DNA of 29,728 nucleotides. It comes from a virus (taxonomy: Duplodnaviria; Caudoviricetes). This document shows positions 14,437-23,587 of this stretch, piece by piece. The stretch lies in the IMG/VR virus record IMGVR_UViG_3300025751_000095, positions 1 to 29,728 of that record; one strand, written 5' to 3'. Both the position numbers and the translations under genes were made by a program. How positions within the stretch are numbered: position 1 is the stretch's first letter; every line of letters begins with the position of its first letter. The notes beneath the pieces were generated by a model. The model was not told the origin of the DNA and made no database searches. It saw nothing but the letters and a program-made list of their open reading frames with translations.

Positions 14437-16421
14437 TAGCTAAAGACCCTCCGCATCTGACCGCCTCGCTGGCGGGAGTTTACAATCTGAGCCTCAGTCA
14501 TCTTAGCAATGCCCGGTGCAGCCTCAGCGATAATCCGCTTAACAGACTCATCACCGTTAGCAGCGAAGTTGAAACTCTGATTAACTGTTACGTTGCCACC
14601 GCCCTCTACGCCTAGCTTACCGCCTGCGCCTCGCTTCAGTGGCAGGATAGCCTCTGGACCAGCTTCTCCCATGAGGCCAGTGCGACCACCAGACATGCCA
14701 AACATCGTCGGAGAATTGACGATACCGCCATTAGCAAACTTATAGCTGCCCCTGACAGAGCCTCCAGCAGGCACACCGGGAAGAGGCTTGGGACCGGCCA
14801 GAGCTTGAGTAGCTGCGCCAAACACACTTGACCCCATGCCCGGAAGAAGGGCATTAGTAAGAGCTTGCAAGAGGGGTTGGTAAATCAACAGGTCTAGGAT
14901 TTGCCTAATGATTTGCTCTGCCATGTCGCCGAAGGCCTGACCAACAGTCTTAGTTCCGTCAGCAACTTCTCGGAAGGCATCGATCATTGTGCCTGCAAAC
15001 TCTCCTGAGACTTGCAGTCTGATCTGGTCCAACTTCTTGCCGTATTCTGTTAGTGCATCTCCGGCATCGTCCAGTTGTTCTGTGCCGGTAGTGGCCTTCT
15101 TAGCTGCCATCCCTGTCAGATCAGCGGTGTACTGCTCAAGCTGTTGTTGCCTAGTCACCGATGTAGATAAAGCCGTTCCGGGGGAAACCTCACCGGCGTT
15201 CTCAAGCTGAATAAGAAGCTCTCTTTCTTTAGCAATCCGCATCTCCATAGAAGCCACCTGACCGGCAACTCCACGGTCCATGCCCTCTTGCATCAGCTTT
15301 GCTTGCCTAGCGGTCCTCTCGAAAGTCTGCTCAATAGACTCTGCCAGAGAGGCACGTTCTCTTTCTACGGCAAGAAGTTTCTCATCGTAATCAAGGATTC
15401 TTCCTAGCTCTTCAGACTGATTTTCTAGCTCATCTGTAGTGTCTTCTACTACAGGCACAATAGAGTCAAGAGTCTGCGCAAACTCTTTCCCCAAAGCCTC
15501 AAGACTATCCATAGCATTTTCTGATAATTTAATGCCGGGGGCAAAGCCCTCCCCCATAAGCTCTGTGATAATTGCAATAGCATCACGAAGCTCTTGCGCA
15601 TTTGACGGGTCAACCTCCGAAAGAGACTGAATCTGGTCTTTAATAGCTTGAAGATTAGCTTGAAGCTCGTCTTGCCCATAAGCAAAACCTGCTCTGTTAA
15701 GGTCTCTTTGTAGCTTAGAGAACCGACCTGTCATTTTATCAACGCTTAAGTTTACATCTTCAATAGCTTGAGATAACGTCTTCTTGAGCAAAACATCTGC
15801 AAATTTTTTAACCTCTGGCCCAAGTTCAGACCTAAACCCCTCCCCTACTTTTTGAAACTGATCTCGAAAGCTAAGAAGAGACGCTTCCGCATCTTCAACA
15901 GCCTCTGTTAAAGACTTAAAGAACCCTGATCCATCTAACAACGCTCTAGCAAGGCTTGACCCAATAACAAGGGCTACCCCAGTTACCGCACCCGCAACTC
16001 CCGGTAGCAAGCCAGCTAACTGAGCACCCTGCTGTGAAAAAGCGACGAGAACATTTTGTCCAGACTGAACCTGAACTGCGAAGTCACCAAACTGATAACC
16101 AGCGTTCTGAATGGTAGCATTCATGCGGTTAGTGTTCTTGCGAACACCAGACATAGAAGCTGTCACTCGATTTATCTGAGTGTCGGTATAGCCGTAAGCC
16201 TTGCCCAGCTTTTGAATGTCGGCAATCGCTTCTTTGTTAGTCTTAAGGCCAAGACGCATTGCGTCATTGACTGCTCTTACTGTTTTGGCAAAGGCCTGTT
16301 CCTTTGCAATAAGAGGCTTCATTTGCTTGTCTAAAGCCGTGTAGGTGCTCTTCAGGGCCTTGGTATCGGCATTAGCCCTTTTAACATCACTACTGTCAAT
16401 GACGATCTTAACGTCAGCCAT
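14436..16421 (-). CDS. Tail tape measure protein
   Basis: NAGYQFGDFAVQV.SGQ..LVAFSQQGAQL domain; helical Ala/Gln-rich body; C-terminal FANGG...GLMGEAGPEAILPL.RG..GKLGV. Confidence 0.93.
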   Translation of the reverse strand: MADVKIVIDSSDVKRANADTKALKSTYTALDKQMKPLIAKEQAFAKTVRAVNDAMRLGLKTNKEAIADIQKLGKAYGYTDTQINRVTASMSGVRKNTNRMNATIQNAGYQFGDFAVQVQSGQNVLVAFSQQGAQLAGLLPGVAGAVTGVALVIGSSLARALLDGSGFFKSLTEAVEDAEASLLSFRDQFQKVGEGFRSELGPEVKKFADVLLKKTLSQAIEDVNLSVDKMTGRFSKLQRDLNRAGFAYGQDELQANLQAIKDQIQSLSEVDPSNAQELRDAIAIITELMGEGFAPGIKLSENAMDSLEALGKEFAQTLDSIVPVVEDTTDELENQSEELGRILDYDEKLLAVERERASLAESIEQTFERTARQAKLMQEGMDRGVAGQVASMEMRIAKERELLIQLENAGEVSPGTALSTSVTRQQQLEQYTADLTGMAAKKATTGTEQLDDAGDALTEYGKKLDQIRLQVSGEFAGTMIDAFREVADGTKTVGQAFGDMAEQIIRQILDLLIYQPLLQALTNALLPGMGSSVFGAATQALAGPKPLPGVPAGGSVRGSYKFANGGIVNSPTMFGMSGGRTGLMGEAGPEAILPLKRGAGGKLGVEGGGNVTVNQSFNFAANGDESVKRIIAEAAPGIAKMTEAQIVNSRQRGGQMRRVFS

Positions 16422-16740
16422 TCATAACCCTCATGTAAACTAAGTCTAGCCTCTTAATTGCTTCTACATCCCTAGAAGTGAGAGGCGTATGAGTTAGTTC
16501 CTTCCATGCTTTAATTTCTTCGTAGGTAATCGGGTTGGGGGCGCTAAAGCCCATTGTTCTACTGACTGACAACGAAAGAAAGGCAGACCAGAGATACTCT
16601 AGGGAAATAGGGAAGTCGGGGCCTTCTAATTCCTTTGGAGTACGTCCTGTCTGCCTTTCTACTTGTTCTAAATGATCTAGTTTTGTTGCGCCGTCTTGAC
16701 TTTTGTTGAGGTCGAAAGTCCACTCTGCGAACTCAACCAA
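16414..16740 (-). CDS. Tail assembly chaperone, T part (expressed as a G-T -1 frameshift fusion)
   Basis: Frame is open back to the slippery site; no SD; R.MGF...PITYEEI.AW motif. Confidence 0.8.
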   Translation of the reverse strand: MVEFAEWTFDLNKSQDGATKLDHLEQVERQTGRTPKELEGPDFPISLEYLWSAFLSLSVSRTMGFSAPNPITYEEIKAWKELTHTPLTSRDVEAIKRLDLVYMRVMNG

Positions 16741-16748
16741 ATCGTCAA

Positions 16749-17150
16749 TTAGGCCTGCGTAAAATCCAGAGTTTCGTTAATCGCCTCTTCAAGCTGGTCT
16801 TTGATCCAGAAATACTCTGAGTAGATTTCTCGGGCCTTCGGTACAGTTAGCTTGGGGCTTTCACCGTCATAAGTGATGTCCCACTCCTTTGTAGCCTTAG
16901 CCAGAATGTCGATAGACGACTTCTCTAGGTCAGCAGCAGAGACTTGCACCTTCTTGCTCTTTTGCATCTGAGCCAGTCGCTTGTCGGTCTGCTCATGCAC
17001 CAGCTTCTTGTACTCCTTGGAGTGTGGTGCATACAGAGTAATACTCATTTCATTGTCTGAGCCTTCGTTCATCAGAGGCTCAAGAGTGTTTGGATGTACC
17101 AGAATAACTTCGATAGTGTCCGAAGCTGGGGTAAGGTTCTTCAAATCCAT
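16749..17150 (-). CDS. Tail assembly chaperone (G-like)
   Basis: Between tail tube and TMP; SD AAAGGA; ends just after a slippery heptamer. Confidence 0.85.
   Translation of the reverse strand: MDLKNLTPASDTIEVILVHPNTLEPLMNEGSDNEMSITLYAPHSKEYKKLVHEQTDKRLAQMQKSKKVQVSAADLEKSSIDILAKATKEWDITYDGESPKLTVPKAREIYSEYFWIKDQLEEAINETLDFTQA
16761..16767 (-). promoter_or_regulatory. Programmed -1 ribosomal frameshift site G-GAT-TTT
   Basis: CTG GAT TTT ACG CAG GCC TAA in frame 0; the -1 frame reads ...YAGLIDDLVEFAEW into the downstream ORF. Confidence 0.8.
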
Positions 17151-17236
17151 TGTCGGGTTCCTTTATGGGCGGGTGGGAAAATGAACGAGAGAGGGAGCCA
17201 CCCGACAAGCTCACCTCTCTCCCCTCGGCCAAGGGA
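17150..17236 (-). promoter_or_regulatory. Structured intergenic RNA element (hairpin whose loop is complementary to the chaperone start region)
   Basis: mRNA stem GAGAGAGG-U-GAGC / GCUC-CCUCUCUC; loop UUGUCGGGU complementary to ACCCGACAA(UG). Confidence 0.6.
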
Positions 17237-17239
17237 TTC

Positions 17240-18151
17240 TTATGCCGTAGTGATCTTCAGGTTGGTCAGTTCGGTATCGTCGTACAGAGCCACAAACGGC
17301 AGGGTTACTACACGGGAGGTTGGGCCATCAACCGGAATGTCTGCTGCGTTGAACTTCACCCGTGGGAAAAGGAAGGTCATGGTGTTAGCAGACGGATCAG
17401 CTACGGATACTTCGATGGCGCTCTCAGTCTCATTCAGGAAGCGGTTGACCAGAGACAGGTCCTCAAAGTATGCAGTGATGGTGCCTTCGATCTCTGCTCG
17501 ACCAAACTCAAGAGCGGGAGCGGAGTCATCACCTACAACAAAGGTAGGAGCGAAGGAGTTAGTGACAGTGAAGTCTACACTGGTCACGATGGAAAGTGCT
17601 GATGCTGCGCCGGTGCCATCTACATCAGCAACCTTCAGATCGCCGGAGTAGGCGTCAAACGGCTCGCCAACACCAGCAGCAGATACAGTCTTCTCTGTAG
17701 CAGAGATGGTCATATCTTTACCGACCATACCGAAGGTGGCAGTCACCATCTGGTTAGGAGCCATAGAGATACCCATAGTCGATACTGCACAGCCAGTAAA
17801 CAGACGTGCTTGGTCGATGTCAGCGGCGTAGTCTTCAAGAGTCAGAAACTTAGGGGTGGTGCCTACTTTGATGACGCCGGTGCTGAACGTGGACAGCATG
17901 GCCGACTCAATCAGGTCGTCGTATGCAGTGTCTCGCAGATCAACAGTGATGTCGCCAGCTACAGAGCGGTTGCCGTGACGGTCAACCCGTGGCATGCGGT
18001 CAGGCTGGATTTCATTGCCAGCTACTCGCTCCTTTGACAGGTTCAACGAGTGAGTGTTGTATGGGAGATTAGTATAAGAGCTAGCCGCCGTGCCGAAAGT
18101 GCTTTCAACACCGAAAGCCAAACGAGAACGAGAACCTTGTGCGAAAGCCAT
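17240..18151 (-). CDS. Major tail (tube) protein
   Basis: AQGSRS.L.F.VESTFG, EI.PDR...RHG..SVAGDI, G.AEIEG.IT.YF motifs; SD AGGAGG; position. Confidence 0.9.
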   Translation of the reverse strand: MAFAQGSRSRLAFGVESTFGTAASSYTNLPYNTHSLNLSKERVAGNEIQPDRMPRVDRHGNRSVAGDITVDLRDTAYDDLIESAMLSTFSTGVIKVGTTPKFLTLEDYAADIDQARLFTGCAVSTMGISMAPNQMVTATFGMVGKDMTISATEKTVSAAGVGEPFDAYSGDLKVADVDGTGAASALSIVTSVDFTVTNSFAPTFVVGDDSAPALEFGRAEIEGTITAYFEDLSLVNRFLNETESAIEVSVADPSANTMTFLFPRVKFNAADIPVDGPTSRVVTLPFVALYDDTELTNLKITTA

Positions 18152-18162
18152 CTGCTTCCTCC

Positions 18163-18585
18163 TTAGTTATAGATATAGAAACCGATGTTTACCGGCACAA
18201 AATAAAATGGAGTGTCTAATCCGCCACTTTCTCGTTCGGCATAGTCGATAGACACGATTATGTTCTCACCATCACTGTTGATGAAAGAAGCATCTGTAGT
18301 TGCCTCAAAGGCCTCTAAAACCTTGTCGGCCAATTCGTCAGCAGCCCCGGGGCCAGTGTTTTCTGGGGCATAACAAACCACGGTAAATATGCCATCATAC
18401 CTCTGTTGCGGACTTAGCCCTCGTACAGCAGGCCTGCGAGAGCGGGGGACAAAGAATGTCTCTACATAAGAAGTTCCGGGCTTCCTCTCATAGCTAAAGT
18501 TCTCGTAAGAAATAGCTGGAAGACCGGACACAGCTTTTAGTTTAGTCTCTAGGGCTGCTCGGATGTCTCTATAGATACTAGCCAT
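18163..18585 (-). CDS. Tail terminator-like protein
   Basis: I.YEN..Y...PG..Y, GIF.V..YAP...G.GAA...AD...F pattern; upstream of the tail tube. Confidence 0.75.
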   Translation of the reverse strand: MASIYRDIRAALETKLKAVSGLPAISYENFSYERKPGTSYVETFFVPRSRRPAVRGLSPQQRYDGIFTVVCYAPENTGPGAADELADKVLEAFEATTDASFINSDGENIIVSIDYAERESGGLDTPFYFVPVNIGFYIYN

Positions 18586-18997
18586 GCTGCCTCACAACTT
18601 TGTCAATAATTTGATACTTAGTCTCAACGGACTTAGCATGGGGCGCACGATTGATAAAGTAGTAGTTATCTACTTGAAGGCTAATACCCTCTCGCTCTGC
18701 TCCGCCGGGGCTGGTCGCCTCGACCGTTGACCTGATGTCGTTTACCAAGTTGTTGAGCGCCTTGCCTCGTTCAGAACCGGGATTTTGACCCGTGGGCTTG
18801 TTCGCAGAGGACTTTCTCCTACCGCCACCAAGGTTATCCTTGAAGCTCCAAGAGTTTACAAAAGCGCCTGTGTCTACAGGAGAAGCCAACACCGTAGTTG
18901 TAGCCACTGCTACCATCTTGCGTTCAACAGCATCTTCAGCCATCTCGTCAATAGCATCGAGCTTACGCTTCAAAGTGGGAGAAACCTTGATACCCAT
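18578..18997 (-). CDS. Neck / tail-completion protein (HK97 gp10-like)
   Basis: SPVDTG.F.NSW and N.AP.A..VE motifs. Confidence 0.75.
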   Translation of the reverse strand: MGIKVSPTLKRKLDAIDEMAEDAVERKMVAVATTTVLASPVDTGAFVNSWSFKDNLGGGRRKSSANKPTGQNPGSERGKALNNLVNDIRSTVEATSPGGAEREGISLQVDNYYFINRAPHAKSVETKYQIIDKVVRQHG

Positions 18998-19353
18998 TAT
19001 TCACTAATCTCACAAAGGTAACAGACGGGCTGACCCTTACTACGAATGGTCTTAACAGCAACTATATTAACTGTCTCGTCATATCCCTTAATCTGGTCTT
19101 CATCGTCTGGGACGACCGAAAGACCTTTGGCGGGAATAACACAGGCCCGACTGCCCTTCCTAGTCTGATTAGAGTCAAATACGCCCTCTGCTAGGTTATA
19201 GAAGTAACCTGTAAAAGGATAGTCCTTAGTCTCACTCCCAGACACAGAGCCAGAAGAGGTATCATAGGAACCTGTCTTGGCGACCTTGCGGAGGGTAAGC
19301 TGTTCGCCAAAGTCTTTGACCAAGAACAGCAGATCACTAGGACTTAAAGACAT
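18997..19353 (-). CDS. Head-closure / head-tail joining protein
   Basis: Position in the neck module; FG..LTLR....G.YD..SG pattern. Confidence 0.65.
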   Translation of the reverse strand: MSLSPSDLLFLVKDFGEQLTLRKVAKTGSYDTSSGSVSGSETKDYPFTGYFYNLAEGVFDSNQTRKGSRACVIPAKGLSVVPDDEDQIKGYDETVNIVAVKTIRSKGQPVCYLCEISE

Positions 19354-19363
19354 AGACTATCCC

Positions 19364-19822
19364 TCACTCGTATTCCGAAGAGCCGTCATAATTAGGCGGG
19401 TTGCGGAAACGATCTCTGCGGAAAGACGGCGTAACTCGGTCTGTGTCTTGTCTTACCACAGCGATAGCTGCTTCGCTGATACCACCGGCTTTAACGCCGA
19501 GGCCGGATTGCTTCTTTGCCTCAGCCTCAAGGGTATCCGCAAGAGAAATATAATGGGTGTGAATATCAGAGTAGTCAGCGCTAATAGCACCATCGAGGTC
19601 AGTATTAACACGACGAGCATACTTAGCTGCAATAGCTCTACAAATATAAGCAGCGGCATAGTGAACACTGTCAGAAGACTGAGAAAGAGCGAAAGTAACT
19701 TCTTCATCTGTAGCCTGTTGCTCAAGGGAGTCAGTATCACCTACGAGGAAACGAACTACGTTTCTTCGGCCAGAGGCAGTAGAAGTAGAAAGATCGTCAG
19801 GATCGTAGGTAAAATCTGACAT
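19364..19822 (-). CDS. Head-tail connector/adaptor protein
   Basis: VRFLVGDT......TDEE..F.L motif; TAATG coupling to the upstream stop; SD GGAG. Confidence 0.75.
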   Translation of the reverse strand: MSDFTYDPDDLSTSTASGRRNVVRFLVGDTDSLEQQATDEEVTFALSQSSDSVHYAAAYICRAIAAKYARRVNTDLDGAISADYSDIHTHYISLADTLEAEAKKQSGLGVKAGGISEAAIAVVRQDTDRVTPSFRRDRFRNPPNYDGSSEYE

Positions 19823-20229
19823 TATGCTTGCTCCCAATCAGCCCAAGGGCTGTTACGCCATGTACGAATATGACCACGTTGTTTCTTCGTGATCGTAGAA
19901 GCCTTACACTTCTTGTTCTGATACTCACGGTCAGTCTTCGTATTGAGCTTGACCTTAGCGTTAATGTTGTCTACGATAACCTTAAGCTCGTCGGGACCAA
20001 GTTCATCGAGACCGTCTCCAACAACCTTCTTCTGGTTGTTTTCAGTCGGGGCCTCCTGCATGAGAAAGCCCCGATTGAATAAAGACATAACGTCTCGCCA
20101 AGGGATGCCTCGCTGTTCCCAGTCAAAGACATCCCCTCGCTTCCATTCGGTTCCATACCCCTTAAACTCTTGTCTAACGAGTTGGACCCAGCTAAGTTGA
20201 AAAGGAAGAAGAGAGTAGTCGGGTGTCAT
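19822..20229 (-). CDS. Hypothetical protein downstream of the capsid gene
   Basis: ATG ORF filling the MCP-connector gap, translationally coupled. Confidence 0.7.
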   Translation of the reverse strand: MTPDYSLLPFQLSWVQLVRQEFKGYGTEWKRGDVFDWEQRGIPWRDVMSLFNRGFLMQEAPTENNQKKVVGDGLDELGPDELKVIVDNINAKVKLNTKTDREYQNKKCKASTITKKQRGHIRTWRNSPWADWEQA

Positions 20230-20241
20230 ACTCTAGCTTCC

Positions 20242-21237
20242 TTAGTCGGCAGCTACGATGTTCTCGAAGAAGTAGCCCAAGTCAGCGCCAACCATCTTCA
20301 TATCGTAGGACATCTTCACCTGAATCATCTCTGCAATCTGCTGACGCTTCAGTGCGTCGTCAGAGAAGGACTCAACGGTGATGCCGAGGTTGTTAGCACC
20401 CGGAATGCTGTTCCATGCGAAAGTCAGACCAGACGCAGGGGTCATAAGACCAGCATTACCCGGAGTGTAGCAAAGCATAGCGTGGCGACCGCCGATAAAG
20501 CTATTCACCTCAGCAGCACCTTCAGTGGTGTCGTTCTGGACAGCTTCCATGACGTAGTAGTTTTCTACTTCAAAGATTTCTGCCAGCTTCGCCTTGGTAA
20601 CCAGAGCGGTATTGGTGACAGTAGCACCACCGTTCAAGCGAGCAAGGATGTCAGAGTTGCTAACGAGAGAGTCGTGTACCTTACGGCCAACTACCAGAGT
20701 GTTCGGACGGAAGCCGCCAGACTGGAGCTGGATGGTACGAGACGCATCGGTGATGTTCTTAATAGGGGTAGAGTTAGCCTCATCCCATTCGGTGATGGTA
20801 CGACCAGACAGAAGGTCTTGGCTCGTCCATACGCCAGCAGCAAAGAACGTCTCAGCGAACTGCTTCTCACGGTGGATCATCAGACGCATAGCCAGAGTCT
20901 GCGCACCGGCGGAACGGATGTCCAGAGCAGCATCTTCGTTAGCGAGGGTCTGCTCATCGAAGTCCATACCGAGGCCGTACACGTCAGCAAAGTAGCTGTC
21001 GTTAGATACGGTCATACCGATACGCTCTACTTCAGTGCGAGGTGCCAGCTTCTTAACGTCGCCGGTACGGTTCATGTTCGCACGGTCGTACTGGTAGTAT
21101 TTGTCAGACTGCTTGTCTACACCTACAATAGGGAAGACTTTATCTGCGATGAAGTTTTCCTGAGACTGAGCATAAGCAGTCGTCAGGTTGGTGAGCGGCT
21201 GATCAATATGCACACTCGATGGGGTCAGCAAAGGCAT
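20242..21237 (-). CDS. Major capsid protein (HK97 fold)
   Basis: HIDQPLTN...AY.Q...FIADKVFP.V.V.KQSDKYY, RPNTLVVG motifs; strong SD; position. Confidence 0.92.
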   Translation of the reverse strand: MPLLTPSSVHIDQPLTNLTTAYAQSQENFIADKVFPIVGVDKQSDKYYQYDRANMNRTGDVKKLAPRTEVERIGMTVSNDSYFADVYGLGMDFDEQTLANEDAALDIRSAGAQTLAMRLMIHREKQFAETFFAAGVWTSQDLLSGRTITEWDEANSTPIKNITDASRTIQLQSGGFRPNTLVVGRKVHDSLVSNSDILARLNGGATVTNTALVTKAKLAEIFEVENYYVMEAVQNDTTEGAAEVNSFIGGRHAMLCYTPGNAGLMTPASGLTFAWNSIPGANNLGITVESFSDDALKRQQIAEMIQVKMSYDMKMVGADLGYFFENIVAAD

Positions 21238-21259
21238 TAGTTTTCTCCTATTCCCTCAG

Positions 21260-21643
21260 TTACGCCGACTGGTTGGCTACTGGCTTGAGCAGAACACGAA
21301 TGATTTCATTCGCACCCGAAGCTGCGTCCAGTGCTACGCCAACTTGGTAGTCGCCAGTGGTAAAAGCATCGGTAGCGTAGCCATTGGCATCAGAACCAAC
21401 CAATGCACCTTTAGCTACTGCTTCACCAGCCTGCACCATAGCAATGCCGTCAATCTGGACGGAAAGGTTGGTGGTGGCTGGGGTAGCCGAAGGATCAACG
21501 GAGGTGAGGGCAACACCGATTGCCAGTTCACCGTCGCCTGCCTGAGCGGCACCCGTAGAGGTCATTTTTACGAACTCGAATTGATTGACAGCACTTGCTG
21601 CCTCTACAGAAATGTTGTTAAAGCGGCCTGCATTCGTCGCCAT
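21260..21643 (-). CDS. Capsid decoration/cement protein (DUF2190-like)
   Basis: AIGVA...V.IDGIA.V.AG..V..G..VGSD.NG.A...GVALDAA...EII.V pattern; directly upstream of the MCP. Confidence 0.75.
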   Translation of the reverse strand: MATNAGRFNNISVEAASAVNQFEFVKMTSTGAAQAGDGELAIGVALTSVDPSATPATTNLSVQIDGIAMVQAGEAVAKGALVGSDANGYATDAFTTGDYQVGVALDAASGANEIIRVLLKPVANQSA

Positions 21644-21645
21644 CT

Positions 21646-22485
21646 TTACTCTCCTTTATAGAGCTTAGTGATAAGTGCCTTGCCTTCGTCGGTCTTAGCT
21701 ACAGCAGCATATGCCTTAGCATGGTCCTTCTTAGCAAGGTTGTTCTCGTCCATGTAGGACTTAACAAGAGCATCGAGCTTATCGCTGGAAGAAAGCATAT
21801 CTGCTTCTACCGACGCTTCACCGATCTCAGACATCGAAGCACCCATTGCTGCGTCAGCAGCCTTGAGGGCCTCTACGATTGCGTCGTCTTTAGCTACATG
21901 AGCCAAGAGGGAGGCCGCAATTTCGTTATCGAAGTTAGGCAGGATTTCGTCAGCTTGCTTACGGAGTTCAACCATACGCTTTTCAATCGCTGCTTCTTCG
22001 AGGGCTTTCAGGACTGGAGCCGGGATGTCCGACTTAGCTACCTTCTCGCCTTCGACTTCGAGGTATTCTGGTTCTTCGGCTTTGGTTACTTCTTCTTCAG
22101 TAACAGCAAACCCATTGTCTTCAAGTGCCTTGGAGAGGCGGGAGACTTCAGCTTTGAGAGCATCAACCTCAGCCAGAAACAGGGCTTCCTGATCTACTTC
22201 GGTTTCTTCAGCTTCATCAGCCTTACCAAGACGAGCCATAAGCTCTTCTTTTTCTTTAGCGGACATCTTGTCGAGTTCTTCCTTAGCCTTCTTCATGGCT
22301 TCGTCTTCACCCATACCTTTGTCCATGTAGTACATCTTACGCTCATCGAGGTAAGAGTCGTACCCTTTTTCCATGTCTTCCATGCTTTCGTCCCTTTTAA
22401 TAAGACAGATTGTAGCGGCTTGGTTTGCTGGACGGTCTACCAACGACAGTTCGTCCAACTCCAAGTCGAGCAAGATGTTAGTCAT
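21646..22485 (-). CDS. Capsid scaffolding protein
   Basis: Acidic, helical/coiled-coil; N-terminal ELSLVDRPAN; between protease and capsid genes. Confidence 0.75.
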   Translation of the reverse strand: MTNILLDLELDELSLVDRPANQAATICLIKRDESMEDMEKGYDSYLDERKMYYMDKGMGEDEAMKKAKEELDKMSAKEKEELMARLGKADEAEETEVDQEALFLAEVDALKAEVSRLSKALEDNGFAVTEEEVTKAEEPEYLEVEGEKVAKSDIPAPVLKALEEAAIEKRMVELRKQADEILPNFDNEIAASLLAHVAKDDAIVEALKAADAAMGASMSEIGEASVEADMLSSSDKLDALVKSYMDENNLAKKDHAKAYAAVAKTDEGKALITKLYKGE

Positions 22486-23587
22486 TGACTTCCTTCCGTT
22501 TAGCTTTGCCGCCGATAGAAAAGGCCGTAAGTTGGCCAGATTTTACCAGAGACCAGACCTCATCATCGAATACCTTCAATGCTACGATCCAACCTTCACG
22601 GCTACTGGAAACGCCCAAGGCTTCACCAATCTCATTAGTGAGCGGCATCGAGTGGACCACTTGGCCTACTTGATCCCCCTTGTGCATCATCTTACCAACA
22701 CGAATATGTTCCATGAATTTATTCACGGCCTTTACCATAGTGTCGGCTTCAATAACATCACCTTGACGGTCTACCAGAGGTGTACCATCTTCAGTGATGA
22801 CCGAGGCCCAACCATAAACCAGACGTTGCTCGTCATCTGTCTTTAGGATTTGACCCTCAAGGTTCGCTTGTTCTTCTTCGGGCTCGTTCTTTGCGAGCAT
22901 TTCGCTCACAGAAACACCCGGTTCCCACATTTTACAGGACCAGTATCCCGGTGTGGTCTTATCTGTCTTACCAGCACAGTTGTGTCTAGCTCGGAAGTTG
23001 GCCCTAGCTTTAGGGTCATCCCGACGAATTTCCATAGTAGGGCTACCAAAGGTAACCTTCTTCACCTTGTCGCCTGACTTTACATACACACCAAACTTTT
23101 TGGTGGACCCAGCAGGCAAACGGAAGGGCTTGTCCAGAGTTACCTTCTTACCACGGTACTCAGCTTTGCTCACAGACTTCTCCGGCAGTAGGTCCTTGTC
23201 ATGCGTAGCGGACTTCTGGCCAGCGGCAATCTTTAGGAAGCTGTTTACTCGGGCCATTGCCCATTGTTCCTTGGACGTGACGTTAGGCCTCACAGAGCCG
23301 GGGTTGGTCTTGTAAGCACCGATACCACGGTCATATACAGCACGAAGGGTCTTAGCCGAGATGCGGCCCTTAGAAGCTCCATGCTTTGCATTCCAGTTCT
23401 TGGCTTTCTCAGCCAGAGTGGAGGTCTTTACCTTCTCTACAGCAGACCACGCAGCCTGAAAGGCACGTTGTTCAGAGCCGGTGTCCTCCATAACGGAGTT
23501 GAACACTTGCCGGAACTTGCCCTGCTTCTCTTCTGGTACAGTCTGACGGACTGCCTTTGGGAGGTCTGCGTTACTGCTGTAGGGCAT
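22478..23587 (-). CDS. Multidomain prohead protease: ChaB-like plus two basic modules plus XkdF-like (S78-type) protease
   Basis: N-terminal MPYSSN.DLP.AVR...F..VFNS...AF.AAWSAV (ChaB-like); C-terminal EQRLVYGWASV..DRQGD..MH..W..VKSG.L.AFSIGG. Confidence 0.8.
   Translation of the reverse strand: MPYSSNADLPKAVRQTVPEEKQGKFRQVFNSVMEDTGSEQRAFQAAWSAVEKVKTSTLAEKAKNWNAKHGASKGRISAKTLRAVYDRGIGAYKTNPGSVRPNVTSKEQWAMARVNSFLKIAAGQKSATHDKDLLPEKSVSKAEYRGKKVTLDKPFRLPAGSTKKFGVYVKSGDKVKKVTFGSPTMEIRRDDPKARANFRARHNCAGKTDKTTPGYWSCKMWEPGVSVSEMLAKNEPEEEQANLEGQILKTDDEQRLVYGWASVITEDGTPLVDRQGDVIEADTMVKAVNKFMEHIRVGKMMHKGDQVGQVVHSMPLTNEIGEALGVSSSREGWIVALKVFDDEVWSLVKSGQLTAFSIGGKAKRKEVND

Noticed and set aside
20170-21240. 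356-aa plus-strand ORF
   Set aside because: Antisense shadow of the major capsid gene; no SD or motif; explained by codon bias
21721-22488. 255-aa Phe/Leu-rich plus-strand ORF resembling a membrane protein
   Set aside because: Antisense of the Glu/Lys-rich scaffold gene; GAA/AAG codons read as Phe/Leu on the other strand
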